This document shows, piece by piece, positions 50,533 through 64,000 of a stretch of 64,000 nt of DNA; position 1 is the first letter of the stretch; each line of letters starts with the position of its first letter. Made by a program: the position numbers and the translations under genes. Origin of the DNA: Glaucostegus cemiculus. Lineage: Eukaryota. The DNA is taken from the NCBI GenBank assembly GCA_976551045.1, contig CDPCPM010000146.1, forward strand, positions 806,001 through 870,000. Reading direction: 5' to 3'. A model generated the notes under the pieces. The model saw only the letters and a program-made list of their open reading frames with translations. It did no database searches and had not been told where the DNA came from.

Positions 50533-53500
50533 CCAAACAACCTTGAAAATAGACCCGTAAGGTATAAAAGAAATTACTGATAGAGTAAGTGGACTTAGTA
50601 GCAATCCATTTTTGTTACTGGCTTAGAATAAGCAGGAAAGCAGAGTTCACAACCGACCTCAATAGTGAAGTGTCTATGTCTGCTATTTTAATAGACACAT
50701 TAATCTGCTCAAAACAAATTAAAGTCACCATCTAGATAATGAATAGAGAAATATTAAACCATTGTATTGTTTGTCTATTCTTACTACTAATATGAAGTCA
50801 GAATTGCCACCAATTGTTATATAGTACTACCAACATTAATATTACCAACAGCAATGTTACTGTTTTATAAGCAACATTTAAAATTGTAATAGTTTGCTAT
50901 CAATACTGATATAACAATTGCATAATTGCCACAAGTAACACTGGATACTCTCAACGGTTATGAGAGTTTTATTGCCTATAACAATGAAACAATACAAATT
51001 TGTTTTTAATCAGTTTACCTGATTGTAGAAACATTCATTGGAAGAACTTCTCCTAAGAGTGAACTTGTCCGATGTTTTTCAAATGTTACAGAGAACCATT
51101 CAGTTGATAATATCCAGTACACACAAGGTCTACTGAATCTAGGAGCCTAGGGGCCAGCTTTGGACCCAGGTGCTACCAGAATCATTTTTGGAAAGCAAGG
51201 AAGAAGTGGTTCTATCAGATATTAAGTATGGTACTTCCCAAAACAATATGCCAGAAGTAGGTCATTCAGTCTAATCAGTCCTTGTAGGTGTTTATGCCCA
51301 GTTTAAGCCTCCTCTCACTCTTTCTCAACTAACTTCACGTTGTGTCTCCTCTTTCATATGCTTTCCTGGCTAACACACACCCAGGCTATTCACCTATACT
51401 GCTCCAATTGGTAATGAGCTCCATAATCTCACCCCTCTCTGGATTTCCGAATTAATTTCTTGGTCACAATCTTTTAATGGTGATCTTTACTTTAGTTCTT
51501 AAACCCTCTCATTTTATAGAACGTTATTGGGACAAGGCAATGTTACAGGATAAAGGGACACAGCCTACTTAGCCTTTACTGAAAAGTACAAACCATCATT
51601 TTTGATATAAAAATCTATACTCTCTACCGTGAAGACCAGAACTGTACAGATGCTCCAACTGTGGTCTAACCAAGGTATGATGCAACCTTAGCACAACTTC
51701 TCTGCTCTTCAGTTACATCCATCTAGTAGTAAATGCCTCTCTGGAGCAAACATTTGCAGAACCAAAAGCAAAAAAAAAGCTGGAAGTATTTCTAGTGTTT
51801 AGTTTGTTTCTTTATGACCTAACTAACTCATACCCTCCTTTTGTTGATGAGTATATTTGTATTCCTAGACTGCTTTGTTCATAAGCTTACTTTTTAATGA
51901 ATCATGCACAATCTATGCTTAAATGGTGGCTATCTGACTTATTTCTGCAAAACTTCTCCTTGATTGTAGGTCATGCAAAATTACAATGCCTCTGAACTTA
52001 TTACATTCATTAATGATGTTCAGAAACCGTTTTCCACAGGTAGTATTTTCAAGATTTCAATAGCAAATAGATCCCTTGCATACCATGGAATGCATTTTCA
52101 ATTCTAAGAATGATTTTTCTTTAATTTTTAATCCCCTTCTTAACAGAAGTTAGCATAATTCTTTCTTCGGGCATAAATTAACTAATGTTTCCATGTATCT
52201 GCTCCTTATTTCCATTATTATAGAAAAAGCTCAGTCTATAAATCTTTCATCATAATTTAAGATGTCTAAGTCCCATAATCAGACTTGCTGTGATCCTTCA
52301 CCTCAGCATCAGTTTAAAACTGAGCATTTGGTACTATACATAACATAAGCAGCCTCATCAGTGATCTGCCTGTATAAAGCTTACACTACATTTTTGATTT
52401 CTCGCCAATACTTCCTTATTGCTTAGTAGGCAAAGGTACATGCAATCTTTTAATTAATTAAAATAATATTATTTGTGTAATATCCCTACTATATTGCTGG
52501 ATGGTGACTATTTATCTTGGAGGGAAGGCATCAGAAAGGAAGAAGGAATGAAAGAGCAAAGGTACAACAGAACAAATGTTTCCTCCATAAATTTGGAATA
52601 TCCTCCAGATATTCCAAAGCCCTTTTTATGTGTGTTTTACTACTTCCCTTTATCTTTTATATTTCTCAGCACCACATTTTGTCTGTCTCCTCTTTATGAC
52701 GGGGAGATGGGGTTGCAAGGGGTGGAATTTAAAAAAAATCACTTAAAAAACTTACAACGTACTTGCAGTTGTTCAGTGTGTCATTCATTATCTGCTCTCC
52801 TGGCCCACAAGTATTTCTTTATCTTATTCCTAAATCTACCGTGCTACATTATTTAAAAATTACCCTTTTGTCTTTTCCTCTTCCTTTAACACCATGAGTG
52901 TCCTTGCCACCACTATCTCATTGATCTGTTGTACAATCAATATTTATACCAGCCCATATCACTGAAAAAAATAGATTCTCTGATAATTGTGACAATGCTG
53001 CTTGTGAGACCTTGTTGTCATACATTGGCTGCTGCCTTGCCTACATTATAGCACTAAGTGTTCTCTGTAAATAGTTGATTAGCTGCAAATTGTTGTAGGA
53101 TTTCTCGGGATCATGAAGGGTCAGTTTTCCTTTCTTTGTCTCCTCTCCTTCAATTCCCACACTTACCTACCCCTGTAACCACTGAAGCTAGCTGTCATCA
53201 CCACATCACCACACCTCCTCTTCCTTCTCAATACTCACTTTGCCCTTCACATGAAGGTCAACAAACAAATTTGACACCAAACCACGGACAAAACCAAGCT
53301 GCTGAAAACTTTGTCAAAGTAGATTTCAAGGAACATCTTAAAGGATATGAGGTTAGAAGGAGGAAAGGTTTAGAGGGGAAATTCCTAAATTTTGCTAGTT
53401 GGAAATTTAACTGCATAAGGTAGAATTGTGAAGATTTTGGGTGCATGTCATGTCCATTTTGATGTTCTCCTCCCTCAGCTCTCTTCAAACTGCTTATCTC

Positions 53501-53594
53501 TGCCAATGGCTCTTCCTTCCATGTCATTCACTCTGCCTCCTGATTTCCATACTTCTCACCTTCTTATGTCTATATACCAGGTTCTACATCGCAA

Positions 53595-53810
53595 GGTCAC
53601 AAGACAAGGGTGCAGAAGTAGGCCATTCAGCCCATCAAATCTGCTCCTTGGGGAAAAAAAAACTATATTCCTATCTAGCCCCAATTTCCGGCTGTACCCC
53701 CATATCCCTTGATACCTTGACTAATTCGATACCTACCTATCTCCTCCTTAAACACCTCCAATGATCGGGCCTCCACAGCTGTACGTGGCCAAGAATTCCA
53801 TAACTTCACT
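53595..53810 (-). mobile_element. CR1 3' end, similar to 15640-15850
   Basis: CACAAGACAAGGG.GCAGAAGTAGGCCATTCAGCCC shared between the two copies. Confidence 0.8.
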
Positions 53811-54790
53811 ATATTTCCATACATCACTATATAACTGTCACTTCTGTCTAAAGCAATGTTGTTGTAGAATTAGAAGATTAGCTATCTAAATCTTTAAAAC
53901 AAAATTAAAGGTTGGTCACTTTTCTACTTCTCTCACTTTATTATCCTGAAGTTTTAGAAAGTATAAACCTGCTCCACAGCACAAACAAATCCAGTTGACG
54001 TGGGATGGGAAGGAATACGAACAGGCATCATAGTCAGATGTCTAACTCCCAAAATGGCGGGAAGAAAGGGAGTTAGGAGAGGGAGTGGTATTGGCCTTGT
54101 CTTCCCTTGTTCCTGCTCTTTGTTCTCTTGTCCTCTCCACTCACCTGTCCCTTTTCCCCTCTCTCTTAAAATGTATCTGATTTCCCATAAACAATGCCGT
54201 GAAAGACTAATTAAATTTACATCTAGTTAAACTTGTGGAAAGCTGAGGAAGAATTGATCAGAAAAATATATTGCTCTGAAGTGCAGGATGATGAGTTGGC
54301 AGATATAATACTGTGCCATTAAAATGCTGGTGAGAAGATATAATTACAAAATGACTTTTAACTTGACAGCTTCCAGAATAAATGAGGTCACTCAAATTTA
54401 CAATGGTAAAAGTTAATATGAAACTATGTCAAAAAGGTGTCAACACAAAGTAGGTTTTATAAACTGTAAGTGTGTGCAAATGTGTGATTTGTAATAATTT
54501 GTACCTATACGTTGTGGGATCAAGGATGTATGCACAAATGTATATAGCTCCAACAGTTTTAGACCATTCAACTTCTAATAGAATCACAGAACCATAGAAA
54601 ATTACAGCACAGAAAACAGGCCATTCGGCCCTTCTAGTCTGTGCCAAAACATTATTCTGCTAGTCCCATTTACATGCAGCCAGCTCATACCCCTCCAGAC
54701 CTCTCCCGTCCATGTATCTATCCATCATTGATCTTTAAGATGTTTCTAGATTTATTTGCAATGTTGAGCATAGTTGTAAATTGAATTTAT

Positions 54791-55053
54791 GGGCGGCACG
54801 ATAGCGTAGCGGTTAGCGCGACGCTGTTACAGCGCCAGCGATCAGGGTTCAATTCCCGTCGCTGTCTGTAAGGAGTTTATACGTTCTCCTGTGTCTGTGT
54901 GGGTTTCCTCCGGGTGCTCCGGTTTCCTCCCACATTCTGAAAGACGTACGGGTAGGTTAATTTGGGGGTTTAAAATGGGCAGTGCGGACTCGTTGGGCTG
55001 AAAGGGCCTGTTACCACGCTGTAAATAAAAATCTAAAAAAAAATCTAAAAAAA
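54791..55053 (+). mobile_element. Young tRNA-derived V-SINE with CR1-type tail
   Basis: A box TAGCGTAGCGG, B box GGTTCAATTCC, V-domain GGGTTTCCTCCGGGTGCTCCGGTTTCCTCCCAC, tail GGGCTGAAAGGGCCTGTT...; CpGs intact. Confidence 0.9.
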
Positions 55054-55364
55054 TAGCAATGGCAATGAATGAACAGCCATTGCACCTAGATTAATTTTAT
55101 CTTGGCTAAGGCCATTTTATCAAGCATATCTTCTTTTGTGCACTACTATGTATCTGTATTCATCAGCTATTGATCAGTCCATCTACTTAATCTCTTCGGA
55201 TATTTTGGACACGATGAATGTTTCAAACTGGGCATCTGGCCATGAAGCTTAATGCCATTTGCAGATCTGATGTTATGAAAGGAGAATGAAAGATTGAATT
55301 TGGAAACTTCTTGATGTCCCAATGCACATTGCAGCCATGAAGTACATTTGATAATGTAGTCACT

Positions 55365-55625
55365 TTTATATTCCAGGCATACATAACCAAGTTGAACACA
55401 AAGCTTCAAAGACAGCAGTATGGTAACAATCTATTTTTGTTGTGATGTGGGTTGAGGGATAACTGTTGGTAGAACAAGAGAGCTCTTCTGGTCACCTTCA
55501 AAATAATATCATTGGGATCTTTATAATACAACCCAGAGTGTTCACCGTCTCACAGGAAAGCCTGTATCACTACCAGTTCAACCTTCCCTCGGTACTGCAT
55601 TGAGTTGTCAGTCCCAATTATGCCC
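55365..55625 (-). mobile_element. Degraded Deu-domain SINE just upstream of the NSG1 CpG region
   Basis: Reverse complement aligns by eye with 27700-27940 (TGCAGTAC.GAGGGA, AAAGATCCCA, TTTGAAG, ATCCCTCAACC.ACATCAC). Confidence 0.6.
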
Positions 55626-55849
55626 TAACTTGCCTTCCATCACCAGTTAGTCCGCAATTCACCGAAGACCATTAACGTGGGAACAAAGGGAAAGATTAAT
55701 TAAAATAAAATCTCAGCTGCTTCGGCCCTTACCTCTGAAATTTCATTTCCAGACTTCATCTGCTTCTTTTTGTTTTGTTAAAGATGTTTCTTAAACCACC
55801 CCCAATGTTCCTGTCCTAAGTGACTGTGTGACATTTTATTCCACAACCA

Positions 55850-57290
<1,441 letters not shown>

Positions 57291-60044
57291 TGAAATCACA
57301 GCGCTCATCTGGCTAGTTGGTGTTTGCTGAGATAAGATGGGCTAATAATTTGCTTGCTCTTTGTAAAGATGAAATAAGGGAACCATTTCTCTCATGGGTT
57401 AAAAGTGATTACATATTTTTTGCTTGTAAAGATGGGAATTTTTGGTCGGCATGGACCAGTTGGGCCGAAGGGTCTGTTTCCGTGCTGTATAACTCCATGA
57501 CTCTATTTTATTAAAAACAAAACAGTGGTTTAAAGCTTCAGTAACAAATGCTGCAGGACTTTCCACTGCATCGATATTTGAGATTCATTTTATCCTTGCA
57601 TACTTCAGACCACAAGAAGTGTCTCTGTAAATGTGAGGTTATTAAACTGAAAATAATCGAAGGGATTTTGGGTTTCTGAAGCTGAGATGGAGCATGTATT
57701 TGGTATTAAACCCACTTTTGGGCAAGAGTCCTGGGCATTGGAGCAGGTTGTTGGGTGAGACGGTTTAACGTTGAAGATTTATTGCACTCCAGAATTATAG
57801 AGTTACGCACCAGAGAAGCTGGCCCTTTAGCCCACCCTCTCTGTGCCAGCTATCAAATACCCATCTCCACTAATCATTGTTAAATGTTGCGAGAGACCCT
57901 GTCTCCAAACCTGCCCCATCCAGACCATGCATCCCAGATTCCAGCCAGTTATGCTTTATATTGCATGGTAACAAATCATTTACCTTTTCAAAGAAAAGAT
58001 TCCCAGCAAAACAAGCCCATTTTTTTTTCTTGCTGGTCTTCCTGACCTCTTTACAAGAAGAGAACTTGCAGAGCCTTTAAAACGAGGTGATCCTCCAATT
58101 GGGCAGTTAATTCATTGTATAAAGCATGTTAGGAATGACCATAGAGGCAGGTTAGGTCACAGGTAAAATCAGAAGCACTTCAGACTTAAGTAATGTTGGC
58201 CATTGGATCTTTTGCCCTTCGGGTGACAACGTCTTTGTACCCAAAAATAAATAAATCATGAAACTAATTGTGTTGTACTCGTCATTATGTGGTATTACTA
58301 GTAGAACATATAATTTGCTGTGCCACAAAATATGCCATGGGACTAGCCAATAGTATTTATCTTTACTTAGTATACATGTTATAGATCCTTGTACTTCAGG
58401 TGTGACACACCAAGTCTTACTCTTTGCATGAAGCATCAAAGACTTACAACTGACAAACAAAATCTAAATACATAAAATGAAAGAAAAAGATGGTCACTGC
58501 CTGCCTTTACATCTGAACTATTCCCTTCTGAGAGAGAAACCCAACAGTCAAAAGTTTTCAACAGCAACTTGTGATTAGAATTGTTATGAAATTCATGTTT
58601 AACTGGCCCATTTGGCTTTCTAAACCACTCCAATCAGTCCCATTGCCCTTATTTCTCTATGGTACTGCTAATTAATTTCCTGCATGTGTATATTCTAATC
58701 CCTCTTGAAAGTCCTCATTAGTTTTATTTCCACCCTCTTGCAGGCAGTGAATTATATTAAAAAAATTGTTCCTTTTCCCATCACTTTGGATCTGTGTTTC
58801 TTGGTCCTTGAAGCATCTGCTAACAGAAACCATTTCTCTCAACCCTACCCAAACCCATTATGATTTTTGTACACTTTTGTCAAATTTTCTCTGGCAAGAA
58901 AATGTTCTTGTAATATTTTCTGTACCTTCTCTAGGAATTTAATATCCTTCCTAAAATGTAATGACCAGAATTGAATGCATTTCTCCAGTTATGGCCTAAT
59001 GATTGTTACACTGGAGTTTGAGTAACCTTCCTGCTTTTGTGCCTTTTGCCTTAGTTTATAAAAAGTTTACCTGTATAGGTGACTTTTCAAACAGAGTACA
59101 TACACAGTGACAACCGGTACTACAATAACGGTGTCTTTACTATAGCAAAATGACCCAATAGAGCTTCATGGAAGCATTATGAAACATTTTGACATTGGGC
59201 CATATCAAGTATTACTTTGACTTGGTAGTAAATACATAAAATTGTGCTACAAAGACCTGTAATCACTATCTCAATCAGAAAATAAGAAATAAAAACTAAT
59301 GCTGCCATGAAATAATTCCTAATGTGTTTGGCAGTCAAAGGACACAGAATGGTTTTAATTCTCATTGTAGTCAATGAGCTGTAACAAAATAAAAATATCA
59401 GCTAACAGTGCCTGGTCACCTGCTGATTTCATTCCTACAAATTTGACAAATTTTACTCTATTTGCAAGTGTCTTGAAGGGAATTGAAGATGAATTATTTT
59501 CTATTTTTACGGTGTGCATTAGCACGATCATCCTACTAATGGCCACATTCTTCTTTGCAGCTGTACCATGTTTCGCTTTCTTCATTCTCGCAGTACTGTT
59601 TACTCACTTGCACCAAACCTCCTTTTTCTTGGTATGAGAGATTTGTTAAGTTTTGTTAACTGAAGTTTTGGTCTCCTCTGGCCATTAAGATGGTTAAGTG
59701 TCAATTTGTTTCCTTTGTCAGATCATGCTCAAGTGAGTCGCTTTGGGATGTTCTGATCTGTTAAAAATGTTCTATATTCTGTGGAGGTGCAATAGTTAAT
59801 CTGTGGTCTGGAGCACAGTTGTAATGTTTAACTGCTGATTTGTTGCTCTTTTTCAAGCCATTTCTTATGTGGCCTTTAAGGCAAGTGGGGTTAAGTAGGT
59901 AAATTCCAATAATATGAAAATCTATACTGCTGAAGTCACTAAGTGTAATAATAACTGTAAGGTTCTGGTTTCAATCACACGCACGATATACAAATTTTCT
60001 TTCTGTTTTGGTGTTGTTTAATACCACTAACAAATTGATTTCTA

Positions 60045-60600
60045 AGAAACAAAGGACTGCGGATGCTGGAATCTAGATGAAAAAAAATCTAGAAGATGCT
60101 GGAGGAACTCAGCAGGCCAGGCAGCATCTGTGGAGAAAAGCAGTTGGTCAATGTTTTGGGTCAGGACCCTTCTTCAGGACTGAAGATGGGAGAAGGGGAA
60201 GCCCAATATATAGGGGCGAGAAACAGAGCAGTGATAGTTGGGCAAAAGAGGGGAGGTGGGGTGGGCACAAGATGGCAATAGAAAGATGCAGGTAAAAGCT
60301 AGAGCACCTGCGTTCCATCCATAACAGTGATCTGCATCTCCCCGTTGCCAGTCACTTCAACTTCCCCCCCATTCCATCAATGATATGTCAGTCCTCTGCC
60401 TCCTCCACTGCAAGGAGAAGTCCAAATGCAAACTGGAGGAACAGCACCTCATTTTCACCTGGGGACCTTGCAGTCTAATGGCTTGAACATTGAATTCTCC
60501 CACTTCAAGTAAATTAAACCACAGAGACACACTGCCTTTTCTTTCTCGTTTCTTCTCTTTCCTAGCCTATCTCTCTTCTCCTTGCCTATTTTTATTTTGG
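60045..60600 (+). mobile_element. Penelope-like element: inverted pLTR followed by the GIY-YIG C-terminus (NSG1 intron)
   Basis: 60302-60511 reads EHLRSIH...LPVASHFN...HS..DMSVL.LLHC......KLEEQHLIF/LGTLQSNGLNIEFSHFK* with one frameshift; 60045-60190 is a pLTR in the opposite orientation. Confidence 0.85.
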
Positions 60601-63600
60601 AAGTTCAGATGCTGAGTATTATTCAAGACTAAATGATAAAGCTTCTATCATCTCGCGAGAATCTAAGGATATGAAGATAAAAGTGAAAATGAGATCGCTG
60701 ATCAGCCGTGATCAGGTTAATGATGTAGCAGGCTTGAGGGACTTATGGGCTACACCTGCTCCTGTAATTATGGTCTTATGGTTTTCAGTTTATCTTCTTT
60801 GTTTTCAGAACCCTCCGTGGCCTTGCCTTTCCCCATTTCTGAAACAACCTCCTGATCTTGAAACTCAAGGACCTGTATGCTCTTCCAGCTCTGACCAGTT
60901 TTGTTTTCTCTAATTAATTGTGCCATTTGTGTCTATGATTTAACCCCATTTCTGGAATTGTCTTTTTATCTCTGTTGTGCTCCCTCCTTTAAGCTCTCTT
61001 TAAATCCCAACTCCTCGATGAAGATTCTGATCAACCACCCTGATTTCACTTGTGTAGTTTCATTATGCTGCTGTTGTAATGTAAATCTTGTTAGCTGCCT
61101 CTGTCAATTTCACAGGCTTGTCCATACAAATGAACACTGACCATAGGCCTCCAGGTCTGATGTTAACTGATCATGACTGGAAAATTGCCAACACTTATTT
61201 CAGCACATCACCCAAAACCAAATGGAATGATTGTTCTTATGATTCATTTTCAAAAACAGAATTGGCAATCCACTGATCTAGATTAGGATGATGCTGTGCA
61301 AGTTAGCTGTGATAGCAGTCCCTATCGTGGAACTCCTGTTCTTTAGTTAGGGAGGGATTCTAATCCTAGTTGCTGTTCATTGAGCCTTATCAAGATTTAT
61401 ATTCATTGAATATTCAAGGATGATGTCGGGAAGCACATCTTTACAATCACAGTGGGAGAAATGTGAAACTTCTTTCTCCCCCTCTCCAAAATACTGCTGA
61501 GTTTAGGACAGCTCAACATGCTGTCACCAAGATTACTAGATTTTACTAAGAGGCATCGTGAACTGAGGATCCAAGATTGAGTTAAGATGCCGATCTATCA
61601 TAATTTAATGGAATGGTAGAATGGGTTTCGGGAGGGAGTGGGGCTAAAAGCCTACTCCTGTTCCAAAACGCTGGTGTGGAAGTTAGAGTTTGACCTGTGT
61701 GAGGTGCAATTGCACTTCTAGACACCATCCAGACTTACTTTTGAAGGCTTGCACAGGCGATGTCCAGTGGATATGCAATCACCATAGAACTGAATTCAAC
61801 AGCGAGGCATTGCCCTTAGGGGACAAGAGATGAGAAAAGAAGAAAGGAACTAAAGACCCAGGTTACTGTGCAGATCTAGTGTGTCTCCAGTGCTAATCTT
61901 GTTGTGAAGCTATTGGAAAGTTACTGTTGGATGTGTGAGCTTTCAACATTATTCTCAACTGGATGCATAATGCATTTGTTCATCATGGGATTGATGCTTT
62001 GCAGAAAAAGTAGGCAGCACTGCTCGATCAGAAGATTACATTCCAATTTCCCCAAGAACAGCCAGTTTGTGGGTGCAGTTTAGCAGTGTGAAGAAAACAG
62101 TAACTATTATACGCTATATGTTGCTTGATATCTGTTATTATTCACAGGAAAGGTGGTGATTGAAAATTACATAGGTTCCAGTCAAGTTCATTGGCCCTGA
62201 ACTTGTAGACGTAATGATGGTGAAACTGTGAGTGTTTTCTGCCATTGCTTTGCAAAGCTGACAACAACTTCCATGGGGTTAAACAAGGCACCTTGTAGGT
62301 TGTTGGCAGTGATGCCCTACTCCCCCGTGGCAAGTGCTGGTGTAGACTTCATGGATGCCATTATCACAGATGTGACTGATTTGGTGTGAATTTCAAATTT
62401 TCGCGCAACATTCTCACTTTTAATTATGGACTAAATCACATCTAGGATGCTACATCCACCCTGGACCTGTAAAACACATTTAGAGTCTCATCCTCAGAAA
62501 AATATTTTAATCATTTTTTTCATTTTAAGTTTTCTTTTATATTTTAGTTTAAACCCATGTGTATGTACTTTGTTCTCTGAATAACGATTTTTGTGAATTC
62601 CATGGATGTTGACACAAAGCAGGAAAAAAATAATTCCATGTGATGAGACGATTAACTGGTGTGCCCTGTATAATTCCCTGGGTTTCCTACTAAGGGCACC
62701 AAACTCAAAACAATGTGGGAAAAGAATAAATCTGCAGGTCGTTGAAACATTGATTCCAACTTTCTTTGAGAACAGCAGTAAATAACATGCTAATGTTATC
62801 ATGTTTGGGCTATTTTTGCTATCCCTCACCTGATTAACATGTTTTACTGGTCTTTGATCTGTGACTAGGAGTTTTAATTTTAATCTGACAATCTTGGGAT
62901 AGGCATTAATTACACTACTGAATAAGGGTTAATTTCTGTAATTTAAACAAGATTAATTTGAAAGATAATATGAATAATCCACACTGTGAGTGGTTATTTT
63001 TCCCCAAGAGCTGCAGTGTTGATGAAGGCTAGAATGGTGATTGGGTCTTCATTCATGAACTACTGTTCTTTTAGGTTTTGATGTGAACTGCAGAGAGGAT
63101 CATTTCATTAGTGTGTCTTAAATTCCTATTATAGAGGATTTTAAATAGTCTGTTAATGGCTCTTTTACAGTAGTTCAGATGGAACTGCTTCAATATGAAT
63201 GTAGATGCATGGTGCTTTTTTTGTCTAGTAGCAAATTGAGAAAATTGGTTATTTCCAGAATGGAATACCATTGTAATTATTTCTGGGTCAAAGTGCGCTG
63301 ATCTGGAATTTCAGCGGGGCACTTCTGGATGCTTACCATCGTTATGCATCTGATGTGACTTTCAAAGGAACGTTGCCCAGGAAATTGTTCTGAGAAGCAC
63401 TTGTCATTGAGCACCGTTAGAACAACCAAGCTGTTGTGGCCTTGCACCAACGCTATTTAAAGGGGGCTTCTTGGAACCTGACATAACTCCTGGCCCTGAT
63501 TTCTGAACTCCTGACCCACAACTCCCTTGAATCCCCAGATCATCCTCCAATGCCCTGATAACCAGTGCCACCCCCACACCCAGGAGACATGACCCCACTC

Positions 63601-64000
63601 CTGGACTGGTCAACTTTCACTTGGACATAGCACAACAATCTCAAGCATGCCATTAAACGCACAGGTGAATTTCTTGGCCTTGGTCTTTGGTCTGCCTGGA
63701 CCTTGCCATTGAAATTTTTTTGATTTATCAGTAGCACAACAAAATGGCAACTTTTTTTATTATTAGGCAACATTTTTTTGTGTGGTGTTAAGATAAGATT
63801 GTGAAACAGTCCTGTTATTTCACAGGACAGTGGATTGTGCTTGGGCAGATCACCTTGCTCTCTCCAGCTAAATGAGATGGTGATTAAAATTTTTCTTTGT
63901 AATTTTTTGATGGAACAACCATATAAATATTATAAGAGTTTACAAGTAGTGGAGTGTCTGCCATTGGATTAGATAAATGAATGTGTAGTTCTTTTAACAA

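Noticed and set aside
51212-51226. TATCAGATATTAA, matching the reverse complement of part of U2 snRNA
   Set aside because: Only ~13 nt match and the flanks do not extend it.
52073-52088. CCCTTGCATACCATG resembling the reverse complement of the L1 5' filler
   Set aside because: About 12-15 nt with a gap and no flanking similarity; too weak to call a donor.
54791-54865. Stand-alone tRNA gene
   Set aside because: The tRNA-like A/B boxes continue into a V-domain and LINE tail, so this is a SINE head.

Overview
Vertebrate genomic DNA. The repeat content (V-SINEs, Deu-domain SINEs, CR1, Rex1/Babar, Penelope, fish-type L1) points to a cartilaginous fish, probably a ray; this is inference. There are two divergently oriented genes. 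PIGG (GPI ethanolamine phosphate transferase 2) is on the minus strand: coding exons 1-9 reconstruct with GT-AG sites and matching phases (ATG at 19560; 2051 coding nt in the window) and the gene runs off the left edge. NSG1 (NEEP21) is on the plus strand: only its first coding exon (57126-57257) was found, and the ORF track misses it. The ~36 kb between them holds no recognisable host coding exon. It contains an intron-containing tRNA-Leu(CAA) pseudogene abutting a SINE, a nearly intact 5'-truncated L1 with a 17-bp TSD, nested Rex1 elements, and many CR1, Penelope and SINE relics. The most unusual structures are: (i) PIGG exon 1 and a ~60-bp motif cluster sandwiched between two minisatellites of opposite GC skew; (ii) dispersed fold-back elements made of inverted Penelope pseudo-LTR halves with minimal hammerhead-ribozyme remnants; (iii) one V-SINE body carrying two different LINE-derived tails. 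I cannot support a wholly new biological system here. Family names were assigned by eye without a database search, and repeat boundaries are approximate unless a junction is quoted.
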